Assembly: GCF_001194135.2 (NCBI RefSeq)
Contig: NC_068984.1
Coordinates: 118,586,960-118,650,959 of the forward strand
DNA length: 64,000 bases
Source of the DNA: Octopus bimaculoides
Lineage: Eukaryota
Reading direction: 5' to 3'
The notes beneath the pieces were generated by a model. That model saw nothing but the letters and a program-made list of their open reading frames with translations. It made no database searches and was not told the DNA's origin. Below, one piece after another: positions 24,398-38,109 of this stretch. The position numbers and the translations under genes were made by a program. Each line of letters opens with the position of its first letter. The stretch's first letter is position 1.

Positions 24398-26473
24398 CTA
24401 CAAGAACAATGACAAAATTAAAAAAAACAGGTTAAATAATTCCGGGATAACATAAAAGAAGGTCAGTTTAGGAACTCAATTGCTTTATCATCTGTGTTGT
24501 GTTTTCATTGGTTAACAACTTGAATGTTAATTGATGGTAATGGTGAATCACCCCATCAACCTTTTTTTGTTCATATTGCATGAGTGTACTTAGTGATACA
24601 GGAAAGCGAAACAGATGGGAGTGAGACAGACAATTTTGCCAGTGCATTCACTGTCTAACAAACCTTTTAAAACCTTAGTTGACTTGATGCATATATTACA
24701 CAATTTATTTACCATGCCCTTAATCGAGGAAATGATTAATAAGTGACACTACAAAGTGTGACTCACTACAAAATAAATATATATATTTCTCCTCATTTGA
24801 GTGATGGTGATTAATTGGAGATAGATAGTGATGAACATGCATAAAACTTTAGCAGAGTCTGAAGTGCCACAAGTAAATTCTCACAATTGTCACAAAATAT
24901 TATATACCCTGTCTGACTAAGATTCTTTTAATGAAGTGTAATTAAAATGCCATTAAATGATACATTTTGAATTACAGACCGTTAAACCTTTTATTACTAT
25001 ATTTCTGTTGGCATAGCTACCTTTGTTTCAATTTTATTTTGAAAATAATTGAGAATTTGGTGAAATGATTTAGACATTATTAAGAGAGTGTTTGGAACAT
25101 AAATTAGCATGAAATTTTAATGGAAGGCCACTTTAAAATAGTATGTTTGTAGACCACTTTAATATAGTACGTTTGTAGCCTAGAACCACTGGAAGTCTTA
25201 GATGGCTAATATCAAACTGGACAATGCTGAATATTATGAAACGTTTAAAAAATTTGCAGGTTTGCTCTTGTATCAGGTATTATGGATTAGGCAAGTTTTG
25301 ATTTACAGTTAAAGCTGTTACATTTCTTTTTTAGAAGTGTAAGAAAGACTGAATATTACAAATTTTCATTGACTTTCAAGTATGTATGTAGAGAATACAC
25401 TAGAAGGGCCTGCTGGTAACATATTTCACCAAGCTCCTTATTTACTTTCTTCTGTTTGAAAAGGGAATTCTTACCTGAAATATTATAGAACCATTAAACA
25501 GCCTATGTAAAATAAGAACATCTTTTCTCTTTGTTTTCATTTATTGACATAATCTCATATATCTTACTAAAGTTTTCATCTGCATTGCTCAAAAGACTTT
25601 CCAAACATTTATATTATTTACACATATTGCAATACTCCAATCTATTAACACTACTCTTATATATTTAAGTTCTTTGGTTAAGTTAAACAGAATTCATTAC
25701 TTTCAATATTAACTTAACCAATACCAGAATAATACATTCAATTACATGACTGTCTATATAAGTGTTTATAAACCTTGACTGATAACTGGGTCATTGCTGA
25801 AGTCATTATAAAGTGTGTTAAAAATAAAAGTTAACCTTGCAGAGAAAACACCTCTCCTAAGTTGTTGGCATGACTAAATTTCTTATACATTGAGCAATTG
25901 AAGAAAAATAGTTCAGCTGAGAATTAAATCTTTGTTTATAAACTAATTTACATTGCATATGCTGCACATTATTTAAATAAGGTTAAACATAAAAGAAAAA
26001 AACTACTGAAATTTTGCCAAAACATTTACATGTAAAATTATTGAGTTTTCCTTGTATATTTAAACAAATAAATATTTAAATGTGTAAGAAACAACGAAAA
26101 TTAGTTTTAGAGTAAGTGAATTAATGGCCAAAGATATTAATCTGAAAGAAAAAAAAAATTATGTTAATAAATTCTAACAATAAAGCAAAGATTTATAGAC
26201 TGTTTCACTGAGCCAAGGTTCCTTTCTACCTTTGCCAGTCTGTATTCAGATGTGATTAGATCTTTGGCAGAAACCACAGATCTAATCAGTTAAAAAAGAT
26301 CACGAAGGAAGTTGGATAAAGATTGGTTTGACAAGTAGCCAAGTTCAAGTCAAAGGAGTTCTGAATAAGAGCTTCTTTTTGAAAATTTTCACCATAATGA
26401 GAGAAATAAGAAAACTAGATAAAATAAAATAAATAAACTTTCAAGGGGTTTCTTTTGAATAATTTAGAAGAAC

Positions 26474-26475
<2 letters not shown>

Positions 26476-26534
<59 letters not shown>

Positions 26535-26545
26535 CAACAATAATA
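26476..26545. repeat. (AAT)n/(AAC)n microsatellite next to a SINE
   Basis: Direct reading of the sequence. Confidence 0.95.
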
Positions 26546-26862
26546 ATCTTTTCTACTCTCGGCATAAGGCCTGAAATTTTTGGGTAGGGTGTCAGTCGAT
26601 TACATCGACCCCAGTACTCAATTGGTATTTAATTTATCGACCCCCAAAAGGATGAAAGGTAAAGTTGACCTCGGTGGAATTACATGTGATCTTCTTCTAG
26701 CACATTAACAGTCAACCTAGTGGTCTTCTTTATATATCCTTATATATACATATACAATAATCCCTTGAGATCTCAGATATTTTCTCTGAATCTCTCTGAT
26801 TCTTTTAATGTGCTTGCTTCCTGGTAATAAATGGATATTAATTAATATTCAGTTTTTTTACC

Positions 26863-26900
<38 letters not shown>

Positions 26901-29900
26901 GTGAGTGCATATGTCGTGTGTGTATATGTGTAAGTATGTTTCTCTTTCCATGTGTCTTCATACTGATATTGCTTGACAGCAAGGATATTTGGTGATGTTC
27001 TTTAATTCAGTGCTTTCAACATACAAAAACCAGTAGAATAAATCCTTTTATTTGAAAATAAGGGTTGGTTTTAAGAGGGCTATCTAACTGTAGAATACTG
27101 GCTCAAGAAAACTCATCTAACTCATGCCAACAAGAAAAAATGGATGTGAAAATGAGGATAATAACAGAATGAGTTCATTTTTTTGTGTTTGGGTCTTGTT
27201 TTTACTGGCCAAAACAATTCATGAATTCGTCAATGTAAAGTGGTATATAGGTGAACTAATTTAGGAAAACAGGATATGATTATGTAATCAACACTGAACT
27301 GGTGACATTACACCAATAACAGAAACAAAATGTAATTATTATGAAAACCTAATGGTAATCTGAATAACAACAAAACAAACTAATAAAAAGGAGAACAATC
27401 CATGAACTGGTAAGTGAAAAGGCAACAACTATAATCAGAGCCTTAATAAACCCAATTTTATAAACTGGTCAAAGGAAACAATCACCACACACACTCTGAC
27501 AAACAAAATCCTGTTTCAATGTAAATAAAAACAATTCTATATTTTTGAGATGAGTAACGAATATTATGAATACTGTTTATATTAGTCAGACTGATGTCAT
27601 CTTGATTGTTGCTTTCACTACATTTTGGCTGCTGCATGCTGAAACATAGCAAAAGCAACAATCAACATGTGGTCACCAGTCTCAGAAATATAGACAGAAA
27701 ACAAATAAAAACAGCCTGAAATACCAAAAGAAGACAGTTCAGTTGATGTTTGCAGTGACTTGAGATCTGAGCTGTAAGAAAAAAATTCAATATTGTCTAA
27801 GACACCATGTATTGAGTACGCTTTTCCTTTTTGACATTTGAATGAGTGTGTGTGCTTGAATTCAGGGGAAATGGTGACTGTACTAAACAGATTTATATTT
27901 TCCCTACTGAATGTTCCCATCATCTTCAACATTGAAACTTGAACATGTAATTGAGTTACTCATTTATTGTAGATGGACCATGAAAATTTGAAAACCAAAA
28001 TAATCGCTACTAAATAATGAATAATTGCAGCAGTTTACTTTCCAGCAGACAGCAGACCTATCTGCTGTAACTCTGCCGAGCTTTATTATTATTTTTTTTT
28101 CACTATTTATTTAGCACGCCAAGCCTAAAGTAACTCTAAACTTCGGAAAAGTGAGAGACTGCTATAATTTGATGCAAGAATTTACATTGCATACATAATA
28201 ATATGCTGCACAATCAAATAATGTTGCTGCGAACAATGTAATATTAAAAATAACATGCAATGGTTTCTATGTGAAATAACTAACATCAAAGTGGGAAAAA
28301 TTTCCATCCAGGTGGTAGTAGGTAAATAGATTAGACACTAATTATTATGTTAAGTTATTAGTTTTCTTTTACTTTGTTACATGTGAGAGAGGTGATCTCA
28401 GGGAACTGAGGTTGGTATGCTTTTATTTTTGTGAATATTGGAAAACTATATAGCCAAACAGCAAGCACAAAAGTAGGATAAAGCAAATCAATGCCTGGAG
28501 TCTAATGCTTTGTAGTAAAAATATAAAATTCATTGAAACAGCATCTGATGAACATAAAGTATTTTTGTGATTTGATATCAGTGTAGCTCATGTGTCAGTT
28601 CAAAGTGGCAATTCTTTTGGGTGGACTATTTCTATATGTATATATATATATGTACAACACAAAGAGTGAAAGACTACCAGAATAATACCAGGATATTATT
28701 TCTTTATATAAAGAATAGTGCAGCAGGAGATTTGTTCGATAAGCATTAATTAATTGGTACTAAGGAAATTATGAAAACAAAAGACTAGGTGGTTACACAT
28801 ACACTTTGCATGTATTAAGTGGTACTTCTCTTAAGAATTGCTTTCTTCTGAATTATAAGAACGACCATCCAAGTATTAAGTTGCTTGACCTGTATTTGAA
28901 ACACACAAATTTATAAAATGCTTTTGGATTAAACACAAAAACTGAAAGAAGGTATAACGAATTTACATACCAAATAAACAATATCAAATGCAAAAACAAA
29001 TAAAAGATGTTTCATAATGATTCTAAATTTGATTTTTTGCTTCCAGAAGAATGAAATTATAAATAAACACAAAATTTATTAATTAGAGAAAATATGAGAT
29101 AAGCATATTTTAATGATACATACATATGTGTGTGTGTATGTATATATACATATATATATAGATATATGTATATATACACACAAACACACACACGCATACA
29201 TACATATACATATATAAACACATATGTATATAAATACATACATACATACATATATATATAAACACATGTATGTACATACGTACGTACATATATACATTAT
29301 ATTACATTTCATTACATATCCATTACGTCAATTTGTTTTAAGAAATAATAAAAATAGTAATTCAAAAATGAATGATGTGACTACAAATACATTTATTATT
29401 TTGATTGGAAATTTTTCTCCTAAATTGAACTACAAAATAATTTAATTCTCTTCATTAATTGTAAGACAGTATATTACATTGGCTTCATAGAAAGATTGCT
29501 ATTATACAAAAATTTGTATGGGTAGAAAATGAAATTAAATGTCAATGATTTTTAACAATTATTTAATGAAAGATATCGCAACAGTTTTCAACTGGAATTT
29601 GAAAGTTCCTTTTAAAAACACTTACTCAGGCCTTTTATATTTTAGGCATATCAGTATAGTATTTTACACACACACACAATCAGTATATATGACCAATTCT
29701 CAGAGAACTGAGGGTCTAGTACTTTTAATCAGGATATGATTATGATGACCCTTGCAACCTACCAAAATAATTCACTAAATGACAAGGTGAGCTGTATGTA
29801 TGTGTATGTATGTATGTGTATGTATGTATGTATGTGTATGTATGTGTATGCGTATCAATGACTACTGCAGCTCCAATAAGTCTGAGGAATTCCCAGCCTA

Positions 29901-30382
29901 ATTTGCTAGTCACGTAAAACGTACCTGTGCCAGTGTCACTTAAAGGCACTATTGTCAGTGCCACGTTAAAAACATCCAGCATGCACTGTAAAGTAGTTGT
30001 CCTTAAGAAGGGCATCCAGTCATAGAAACAAAGCTAAATCAGACTGGAACCTGATGCAGCTCTCCTACTTGCCAGCTCTGGTCAAACTGCCTAACCCATG
30101 CCAGCATGAAAAAACGAACATTAAAGGATGATGATGATGATTATCCCTAGTAACAGTGTCCAAGCACAGCATAGATGAAAATGCATATTATTAGTGATGT
30201 CTCTAAAGAAGAATGAAGGGACACCAACAGGAATTAAACAATCTAAAGAGAGAGTTACAACCTGAAAGTGCTCAATGAATCCAGAGCCTACAGATGTAGT
30301 AACTACTAGTCACTGAGAGAAGTAAATGTTCTAGGATCTGGAAAAGTGTTAAAGCTTTGCCAGTAATATCATATCATACATA

Positions 30383-30761
30383 TGTTGTTCTTGGCACTCC
30401 ATCGCTTACGACGTCGAGAGTTCCAGTTGATCCGATCAACGGAACAGCCTGCTCATGAAATTAACGTGCAAGTGGCTGAACACTCCACTGACACGTGTAC
30501 CCTTAACGTAGTTCTTGGGGATATTCAGTGTGACACAGTGTGACAAGGCTGACCCTTTGAATTACAGGCACAACAGGAAGTAAGAGTGAGAGAAAGTTGT
30601 GGTGGAAGAGTACAGCAGGGTTCGCCACCATCCCCTGCTGGAGCCTCGTGGAGCTTTAGGTGTTTTCGCTCAATAAACACTCACAACACCCGGTTTGGGA
30701 ATCGAAACCACAATCCTATGACCGCGAGTCTGCTGCCCTAACCACTGGGCCATTGTGCCTC
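30383..30761 (-). mobile_element. tRNA-derived SINE (family A), full length with 13-bp TSD
   Basis: TSD catatcatacata at 30370-30382 and 30765-30777; near-identical to the 525-910 copy. Confidence 0.88.
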
Positions 30762-31916
30762 AAGCATATCATACATAGAAAAGGGCTAAATTAATACAGA
30801 GGTCACCAGAGAATCGTATGAATGGTACTGTACCAGGAGCTACAGCACATTGCATATATGGAGGCTTAGATGAAGACTGCAAAATTCTTCATATTCTTCA
30901 CAAACTGTTCACTTCACTCCAAGATGAACGGCTATGTCAGAATAATGTGTACATAGGCACAGGCATTGCTGTAACAGTAAGAGGTTTGCTTCTCACCCAC
31001 ATGGTTCCAGGTTCAGTCCCACTGCATGGCACCTTGAGCAAGTGTCATTTATATCAGCCTCAGTCTGATCAAAGCCTTGTGAAAGGATTTAGTAGACAGA
31101 AACTGAAAGAAGCTCATTGTATATATATATATATTGTATATATCTGTGTGTGTGTGTGTGTGTTTGTGTGTGTGTTTATGTTGACAGTTGGTGTTGATGT
31201 GCTTATGTTCCTGTAACTTGGCAATTCAACAAAAAGAACCCAATAGAATAAGTATCAGGCTTTAAAAAAAATAAGTACTGGAGTTGATTCATTTGATTAA
31301 AATTCTTCATGGTGTTGCCCCAGCATGGCCGCATAGATCAAACTGACTTAATGATGAACACATAGATGAACTGACTTAAACAAATAGAAGTATAAAGATT
31401 AAAGATCCAGGAAAATTGCACTCTATAAAAAACTAAGTAACACTGATGTTTTACATGTATGCTTGATGTGGTAAATTCAAGCAAGTTGATTGAGACATTT
31501 ATCATAGAATTTAACATGAGAGATATGCTTTGATTTGTTGCTTCTGCTAAAGAAAAAGCAAAATTGTTGATGCAAAAGAAAGGTTTGCATAAGCTGAGTC
31601 CTGTCTTGAAGTTTGAAAATGCATCAGATGAAGATCTTGACACTGATTTCAAAAGATTTCATGAACCAAAAGCTTGCTTGATCTTGATTTTTAATGCAAA
31701 TACAGACCATGAAAGTATGGTTGGTATTTTCACTGAACAGCAACAAGCTATGCTTTTGTTGAGAGCTATCAGGAAAGTTACGACAGGGATAACTGGCTTA
31801 GTTGCAGCCAAGCATTTGCAGCATCATTTTTTGGTCCTTCAAAGTCTAGCTTTTACTATTATTGTGAAGCAGAAATACTGTCAAGAATAGAGCATATATC
31901 GAAAACAGAGAATATG

Positions 31917-32143
31917 TTCAACCCATTAGCATTTAAACTGGCCATATGAGACCAAAATATTTTACTAGTTTTATGTTCAAGCTGGGCAGATCCAGCCTCT
32001 CACACCTATCCTATGTCATTCTAAAAATAAATAATCACAAAATCAAAATGGCTAAGCTATAAGATAATACATGATTAATTCAAAACAATGTGAGGAAAAT
32101 ATGCATTACATTTGACAGAGTAATCTAAATGCTAAAAGGTTAA
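31917..32143. mobile_element. Second TTAA-ended MITE family; other copies at about 14803-14990, 62618-62815, partial 63430-63520 and 63850-63900
   Basis: TIR (t)tcaacccattagcattt / aaatgctaaaaggttaa; shared gcattacatttgacagagtaatct body. Confidence 0.75.
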
Positions 32144-32516
32144 TAAAGAAAATCTGGCTGAGTGATTGAATATTAATAAAGAAATGACTGATGTGTATTG
32201 CTATAGTGACTGTATTATTGTACACATGGTTTTGAATGTTCAAGCAGATAATGAAACTGATGAGGCTGACAGCCAAGATCAAGATGTAACTGAAAGACTT
32301 ACTAGTGTTAATCAAGTTAATGAGAGATCTAATCAAAGAACTTGAATAAAGCAACTTTGTCCTTCCACCAGCAATTGACAAAGTGACTTTGTGACAGAAA
32401 AGTAACTTGTAACCACAGTTCGTCCATAAAATGGATAATTCAGCATGGGTAAGGGAATCAAAGTTGCTAGAAAATCTGTCTCACACACACACACACACAC
32501 ACACACAAATATCATT

Positions 32517-32749
32517 AAGGCGCCGAGCTGGCAGAAACGTCAGCACGCCGGGCAAAATGCTTAGCAGTATTTCGTCAGCCACTATGTTCTGAGTTCAAAA
32601 TCCGCTGAGGTCAACTTTGCCTTTCATCCTTTTGGGGTCGATTAAATAAGTACCAGTTATGCACTGGGGTCGATATAATCGACTTAATTCGTTTGTCTGT
32701 CCTTGTTTGTCCCCTCTGTGTGTAGCCCCTTGTGGGTAGTAAAGAAATA
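32517..32749 (+). mobile_element. tRNA-derived SINE (family C); other copies at about 3053-3447, 21441-21612, 38661-38891, 44095-44299, 47938-48377, 51585-52012, 58432-58651
   Basis: gagctggcagaa.cgt.agc..gcc.ggc.aaatgcttagc..tattt...gttctgagttcaaa.tccgc.gaggtc.actttgcctttcatcc repeated many times. Confidence 0.85.
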
Positions 32750-33353
32750 ACAAATATCATTTTGCATCTGCTTTCCATGCTGGCATGCGTTGGATTCTTT
32801 GACAGGATCTGACAGAGTCTACACCTGGCTCAAACATCTTTTTTGGTATGGTTTCTATGGTTGGATGCCCTTCCTAACATCAACCACTTTACAGCATGTA
32901 CTAGAGTGCATTTTCTCATGATATCAACAAAAGAGAAGTTGTTATGGCTCTTGGCAAGACTAAAGGGTCCCCTGAATCCTGAATTGTCTCTGCTCAATTC
33001 ACCAACCACTAGGTGCTTTTACCATGGCACCAGTACTAATGAGGTCACCTCCTGATACACAAGACTAAAGAACTCCTGCAAATGAAAGGGAGGAAAGGAA
33101 ACAGAATGGTGACGCTATGTGAGATGTTGAGAAAAAGTTAAATTATGATGGAACGAATAGATAACTGTGAGGGGGTGGTTGTGAAGAAAATAACAGAGGA
33201 GATAGTGTTGGGAAGGGGAGGAATTTTGGCAGGAGTTAATGAGAAAGACAGTGATATGGTTTATGGGGTGGGTTGAGTAAGAAGTATGCACTACTTTATC
33301 TAAGAAGATAGAGATGGTGGGGACAAGTGTGTGTGTGTGAGAGATATGATATA

Positions 33354-34193
33354 TGTGGTCTGATCAATAAGTATCCGGACTGCTGCCATACTAATGAAGG
33401 TAAAGCTTGCAGAGTGAAGCTGCTTGCAACAGGTTGACCTTGAACTCTGCTGTGCATGCACACTGAGTTTTAACATTTTAGTTCACTTTCGCTGTTTACA
33501 GCAGTGCTTGGAAGGAACGTGATCATCACATTGACTATGACAGAGAAAGTTGAGTAGTGAATCTGCATCAAATTTTGCCAAAAGTTTGGCGATACCTGCT
33601 CAGAGGCCTAAGCAAAGTTTTCAAAAAGTTTTCATCATTCTCAACACAGTCAAGATCTTGTGCAACTGAAACCCAAGTGTTTTTTGGTCGCAGTTTGGGC
33701 ACTAATTTGGCAGACATGCATTAAATACACAAATCTTCAGTGTTAATGGACTGAACTGAACCGTAACTAATCTGCACATCCTCTGATAACGCATGGATGG
33801 TGATTCGATGATTTCCCCTCACTGCTGCATGCACATCTGCAATGTTTTTCTCAGTTCTACTGGTTGCAGGTCTTCCAGAACGTTCGTCAATATCGACATT
33901 TTTTCGGCCATCTTGGAAACTACTCATGCACTTGTGTGCGGCTCATACACTCCTCTCCATACACTTTCTGTAACTTGCGTAGGCCTCTGATAAGGTATTG
34001 CCATGACAACTTTCTCTGTCATGGTCAAAGTGATGATCACATGCTACACACGTTCCTTCCAAGCTCTGCTGTAAACAGCAGAAGTGAGTTAGAACAATTG
34101 AGTCTAAGGCCAATCTGTGCCAAACAGCTTCACTTTGTGTGCTTTAGCTTCGTTATTATGGCAACAGTCTGGATACTTATCGAACAGACCTCT
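33354..34193. mobile_element. Non-autonomous mariner derivative built from two left ends in inverted orientation
   Basis: TA-flanked TIRs GGTCTG.TC.ATAAGTATCC.GACTG; both arms carry the 5' UTR and ATGACAGAGAAAGTT start; minus-strand remnant DERSGRPATSRTEKNI...RITIHALSED. Confidence 0.85.
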
Positions 34194-34800
34194 TATATAT
34201 ATATCATATATAACACACACTGATCAGGTACAACCCTTTCAAGGAGATTCAAAAGACTCATAGGCAAATCAGCTGAGGGTTGGTCTTAATAAAGACAAGC
34301 TGTCATATTTTCCAGTTTAAGTTTCTTGACATACCTCTACAAATAAGATTCCATGTAGTTTCTTATTTGGTCAGATTTTGTCTGCTAAATAATGACTGAA
34401 AATGTTGAGTGAGAGCCTCTTAAGACTATTACTGATACTCCCGTGAAAAGAGAATTTTTTTTTCTCTGATATCCCTTAAGAGTTCAATCCCAAACCTTAG
34501 AAATTTTATGGGGTGATCATAAATTATAATAAAAAAATTATCACTGTTTTCATACTTCTGCTGCTCCTATTCGTTTGCTGTGTCATCACTGGTGAGGTGT
34601 AATGGAAGTTTCAATGCATTACTAGCTGGTTTACTTCCAGGCAGTAGAGTGACAATGATGTCTAAAGATCTATCACAGCAATTTTCCCATGTTTCCTTAC
34701 TTCAGGTAAAGAAGTAGGTTTATCAGGAAGATTTCTCCTCCTCTTCCAGGCACATAAAGAATATTAGACATAGACAACATACACAAAAATAGCTGAATAT

Positions 34801-34849
<49 letters not shown>

Positions 34850-35164
34850 ACACACAATACCAAAATAAAGACAGCCTTTATCATGAAGATATCTGCAGTG
34901 TAGTTATCAAAAACCAAAGAGTATAACAATATTTTGTTTTAATATGTCTACTTTGTATTATCATATTAATTTGAACAAACATATTTTATGCGTGTGGCTA
35001 GCACTTGATGTATACATGTCAGCAACATCATCTTCTTCCTACTTACACACACAATATCTTTTTTTTTGTATACAATATCTTTTTCTGTGTGAACAATTTC
35101 ATTAAAAAATCAATTTCTCTTTCACTTTCTCTTTCCTTACCCGTGTCATTTTTCTCCCTCCCCA

Positions 35165-35195
<31 letters not shown>

Positions 35196-35730
35196 TCATA
35201 TCTCTTATTTTGACAATCAATCTGTGATCATCTGTCTTTGTTTGTCTTCCTGATCTCAATGATAATTCAGCCAACTGAGCTGTATGCACACTTGCACACA
35301 TAAGAAGGACATCTAGCTGTAGAAACCATATCAAAGTGGACATTAGTGCATGACACAAACCTACGACTTGTCAGACCCTGTCAAACCATCTAACCCATGC
35401 CAGCATGGAAACTGGGTGTTAAATTATGATGTTGATGATGATACATAATACTGATACACATACACAAAAACATACATCATTTGTTAAACCAAGCAGCAGC
35501 AGTGACTACAGCTTCTAGTTTGATGCGAAGATGGCATAGGGGTTAGTTCAGAGAAGCAGCCTGCTATAGTAGTGCGGTTGAGGAGAGAGAGAGCTATCCA
35601 ATGGTAGCTTAGTTGTTCGAGAATGTTAATGGATAAATGTTTCATAATTGTATGCAGTGTGTGTGGGTGCATTATTTTTCAAGGCTTTCTTCAATGCTTG
35701 CAATTCTGTCAAAAAAATTAATATAAATAA

Positions 35731-35782
<52 letters not shown>

Positions 35783-38109
35783 TATAAATCCATATCCTTC
35801 TTCTGACAAGTCTTTTTGTATGGATATGACAGAAGTAGCTTTACAACAACTCATTTCCAGTAGTTACTAGCGTTAATAGTTCTCATCTGATTACATTAGC
35901 TTTGTATAATAAAAGAAAATTGGTAAAATTATCAAGCTTTAGTAACATTCCAGCAGCAAATGTTATTCTACTATTTAGATTAAGTCAGCTTGGCACTAAT
36001 CAATACCACCTCACCGTTATAAATACTACTAAGATTAGTGAAAGTAAGCTACACATTTTATATTTATTATTGTTTTGCTGCAATATGCTCCAAGACAATT
36101 TATTATCTGACACCTATATTTTTTCTTCTTAAGCTATTCTGCTGGCAACAGAACTTCAGTTAGACATTGTAAATATAGTGTGCATCTGTTTGGCAAGGTT
36201 TTAATTACTCTACACTTTTCTTAATCTTTAGCCCCATTTTTCATTACTAGCCTGAGTTGACTGAATCAAGACAGACTTATTCCATTACTAGATGCATCTG
36301 AGTTTAAAATGATAATTTTAAACATAGGTCACAATATTAAATTTAAGGCCACAGTATTGATGTTACAGCAAGAAATTATTTATCAATGAAAAAATGTAGA
36401 AGAAAAATAAAGTCAGGAGCTTAAGTATTTTAATTTTTAATAATGGTTTCTTATTGAATAAAGCCTGAAGACTCTTTTAGTTGTTGTTTAGTGTTAGGTC
36501 AACCTAGTTCAAGCAGATCACTGATTAATGCTTTTTTTAACAAATTTCTCTTGAAACACATTGCCTTTGTTTTAATTAATTTTGAAAATAATGAAGAATT
36601 TAGTAAATTAAATGTCAACATTAAGCTGGTGTTTGGTACATAAATTAACATGGAATTTTAATGGAAGGTTTTAATTTAGATCACATTAAGACAAGACACT
36701 TGTATCTTAGTAACAGGGGGTGGTTTCATATAAATTGGTATTTAAAGAGTTAAAAGTATTCCTATCATATCAGTCTGGGTTTTGTTTCTTCAGACATCAT
36801 CTATCTAGATTAATCTATCCTTCTTTTTCTTAAAATGATAGGGTGTGATAAGAAGGATATGTACCTACTACTTCTAACTGACTGAGTGATCATGTAAAAG
36901 TCCCTTATTGGTTCATGAATTCTAAAGAAGTTTGCGAAAGTGAAGTGGGAAGTTGTATTACCATAACCAAAATAAATATGCTTACAAATATCCAATTGAC
37001 AATACAAAATCAGGCTACTTACTCTTTTCAGTAGAAACATCATGGCATATTTTGGAATCCACTATACTTCAACAATTATAACAACATTCCCAAAATGCAA
37101 TAATATAGTAATGGTACATGTAATGTAAAAATGTTCTAAACATGTGACTAATTGGGTTTTCTAATTAGGTTTACCTTTGACATTTACTTTAGCACACAAC
37201 TGCAGTAATTATCAAATTATATCAGTCATTGAGCTGACGACCACATTGTCACACAAAACTATGCAACAATTGTTTCTTAATATAGACACAAGGTTTCTGA
37301 TTTATAAAGAAAAGGAAATGAGGTGTGAAACAAAATAACATTCAGCAGGTGACATAATGAAATATAATGAGACAGTATATCATAAATAGGATTTGTAGTA
37401 CAATATCATACATTATGGTGACTCATAAAGAAAGCCACAAGGCTTTATAGAGTATCAACATCATCATCGTCATTTTAATGTCCACTTTTCATGCTTGCAT
37501 GGGCCAGGCAGAATTCACTGAGGTATATTTTCTATGGCTGCATGTCCTTCCTATTGCTAAACCTCATGTTTCTAAGCAAGGTAATATTTTTCCTGTAGCC
37601 GGACATGTTTATGCGGGAGACTGGAAATGAAAAACACCACATGCATGTTGGTAACCCTCTTTTTACAACCATCATGCAATGTCAAAGACAAGGTGCACAC
37701 ACACACACACACACATACATATACAATGGGCATCTTCCAGTTTCTGTTTACTGAATCCACTCACAAGGCATTGGGTAGACTAGAGCCACAGAGGAAAACA
37801 CTTGTCCAAGATGCCATGCAGTAGGATTAAATCCAAAATCATGCAGTCAGGTGGTTAACTTCTCAATCACGCTGCTACACCTGCACCTATGTATGTATGT
37901 ACACATGCACATCCACACATACATATGATAAGTTGCTGATGCATTTCTTTTTACCAAATTCCACTCACGAGGTATTGGTCAATCTGTGACTGTAGAAGAC
38001 ATTTGCTTAATGTGCCATGCAGCAGGAATGAACCCGGACTCATGTGCTTGCAAGCAAAATTTGTAATCTCACAGCCATACCTGTGTCTGAATAGACACAC
38101 ATGCCCCCA

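Noticed and set aside
27618-27932. 104-aa minus ORF in a repeat-free region as an alternative first exon
   Set aside because: The only plausible donor (G|gtattt) is phase 1 and gives stops when joined to the downstream exons; no recognisable motif.
29057-29445. ORFs rich in CV/YI/HT repeats (also at 57816-58066, 61965-62365 and elsewhere)
   Set aside because: Translations of (CA)n/(TA)n microsatellites.
32257-32280. CTGATGA-GGCTGACAGCC hammerhead-like start
   Set aside because: No GAAA follows and there is no stem I; it lies within the coding-like relic and is probably coincidental.
34700-34775. Donor GAA|gtaagg with short upstream frames
   Set aside because: The phase-0 frame has no ATG or good acceptor; the ATG frame is phase 2 and needs another speculative exon.
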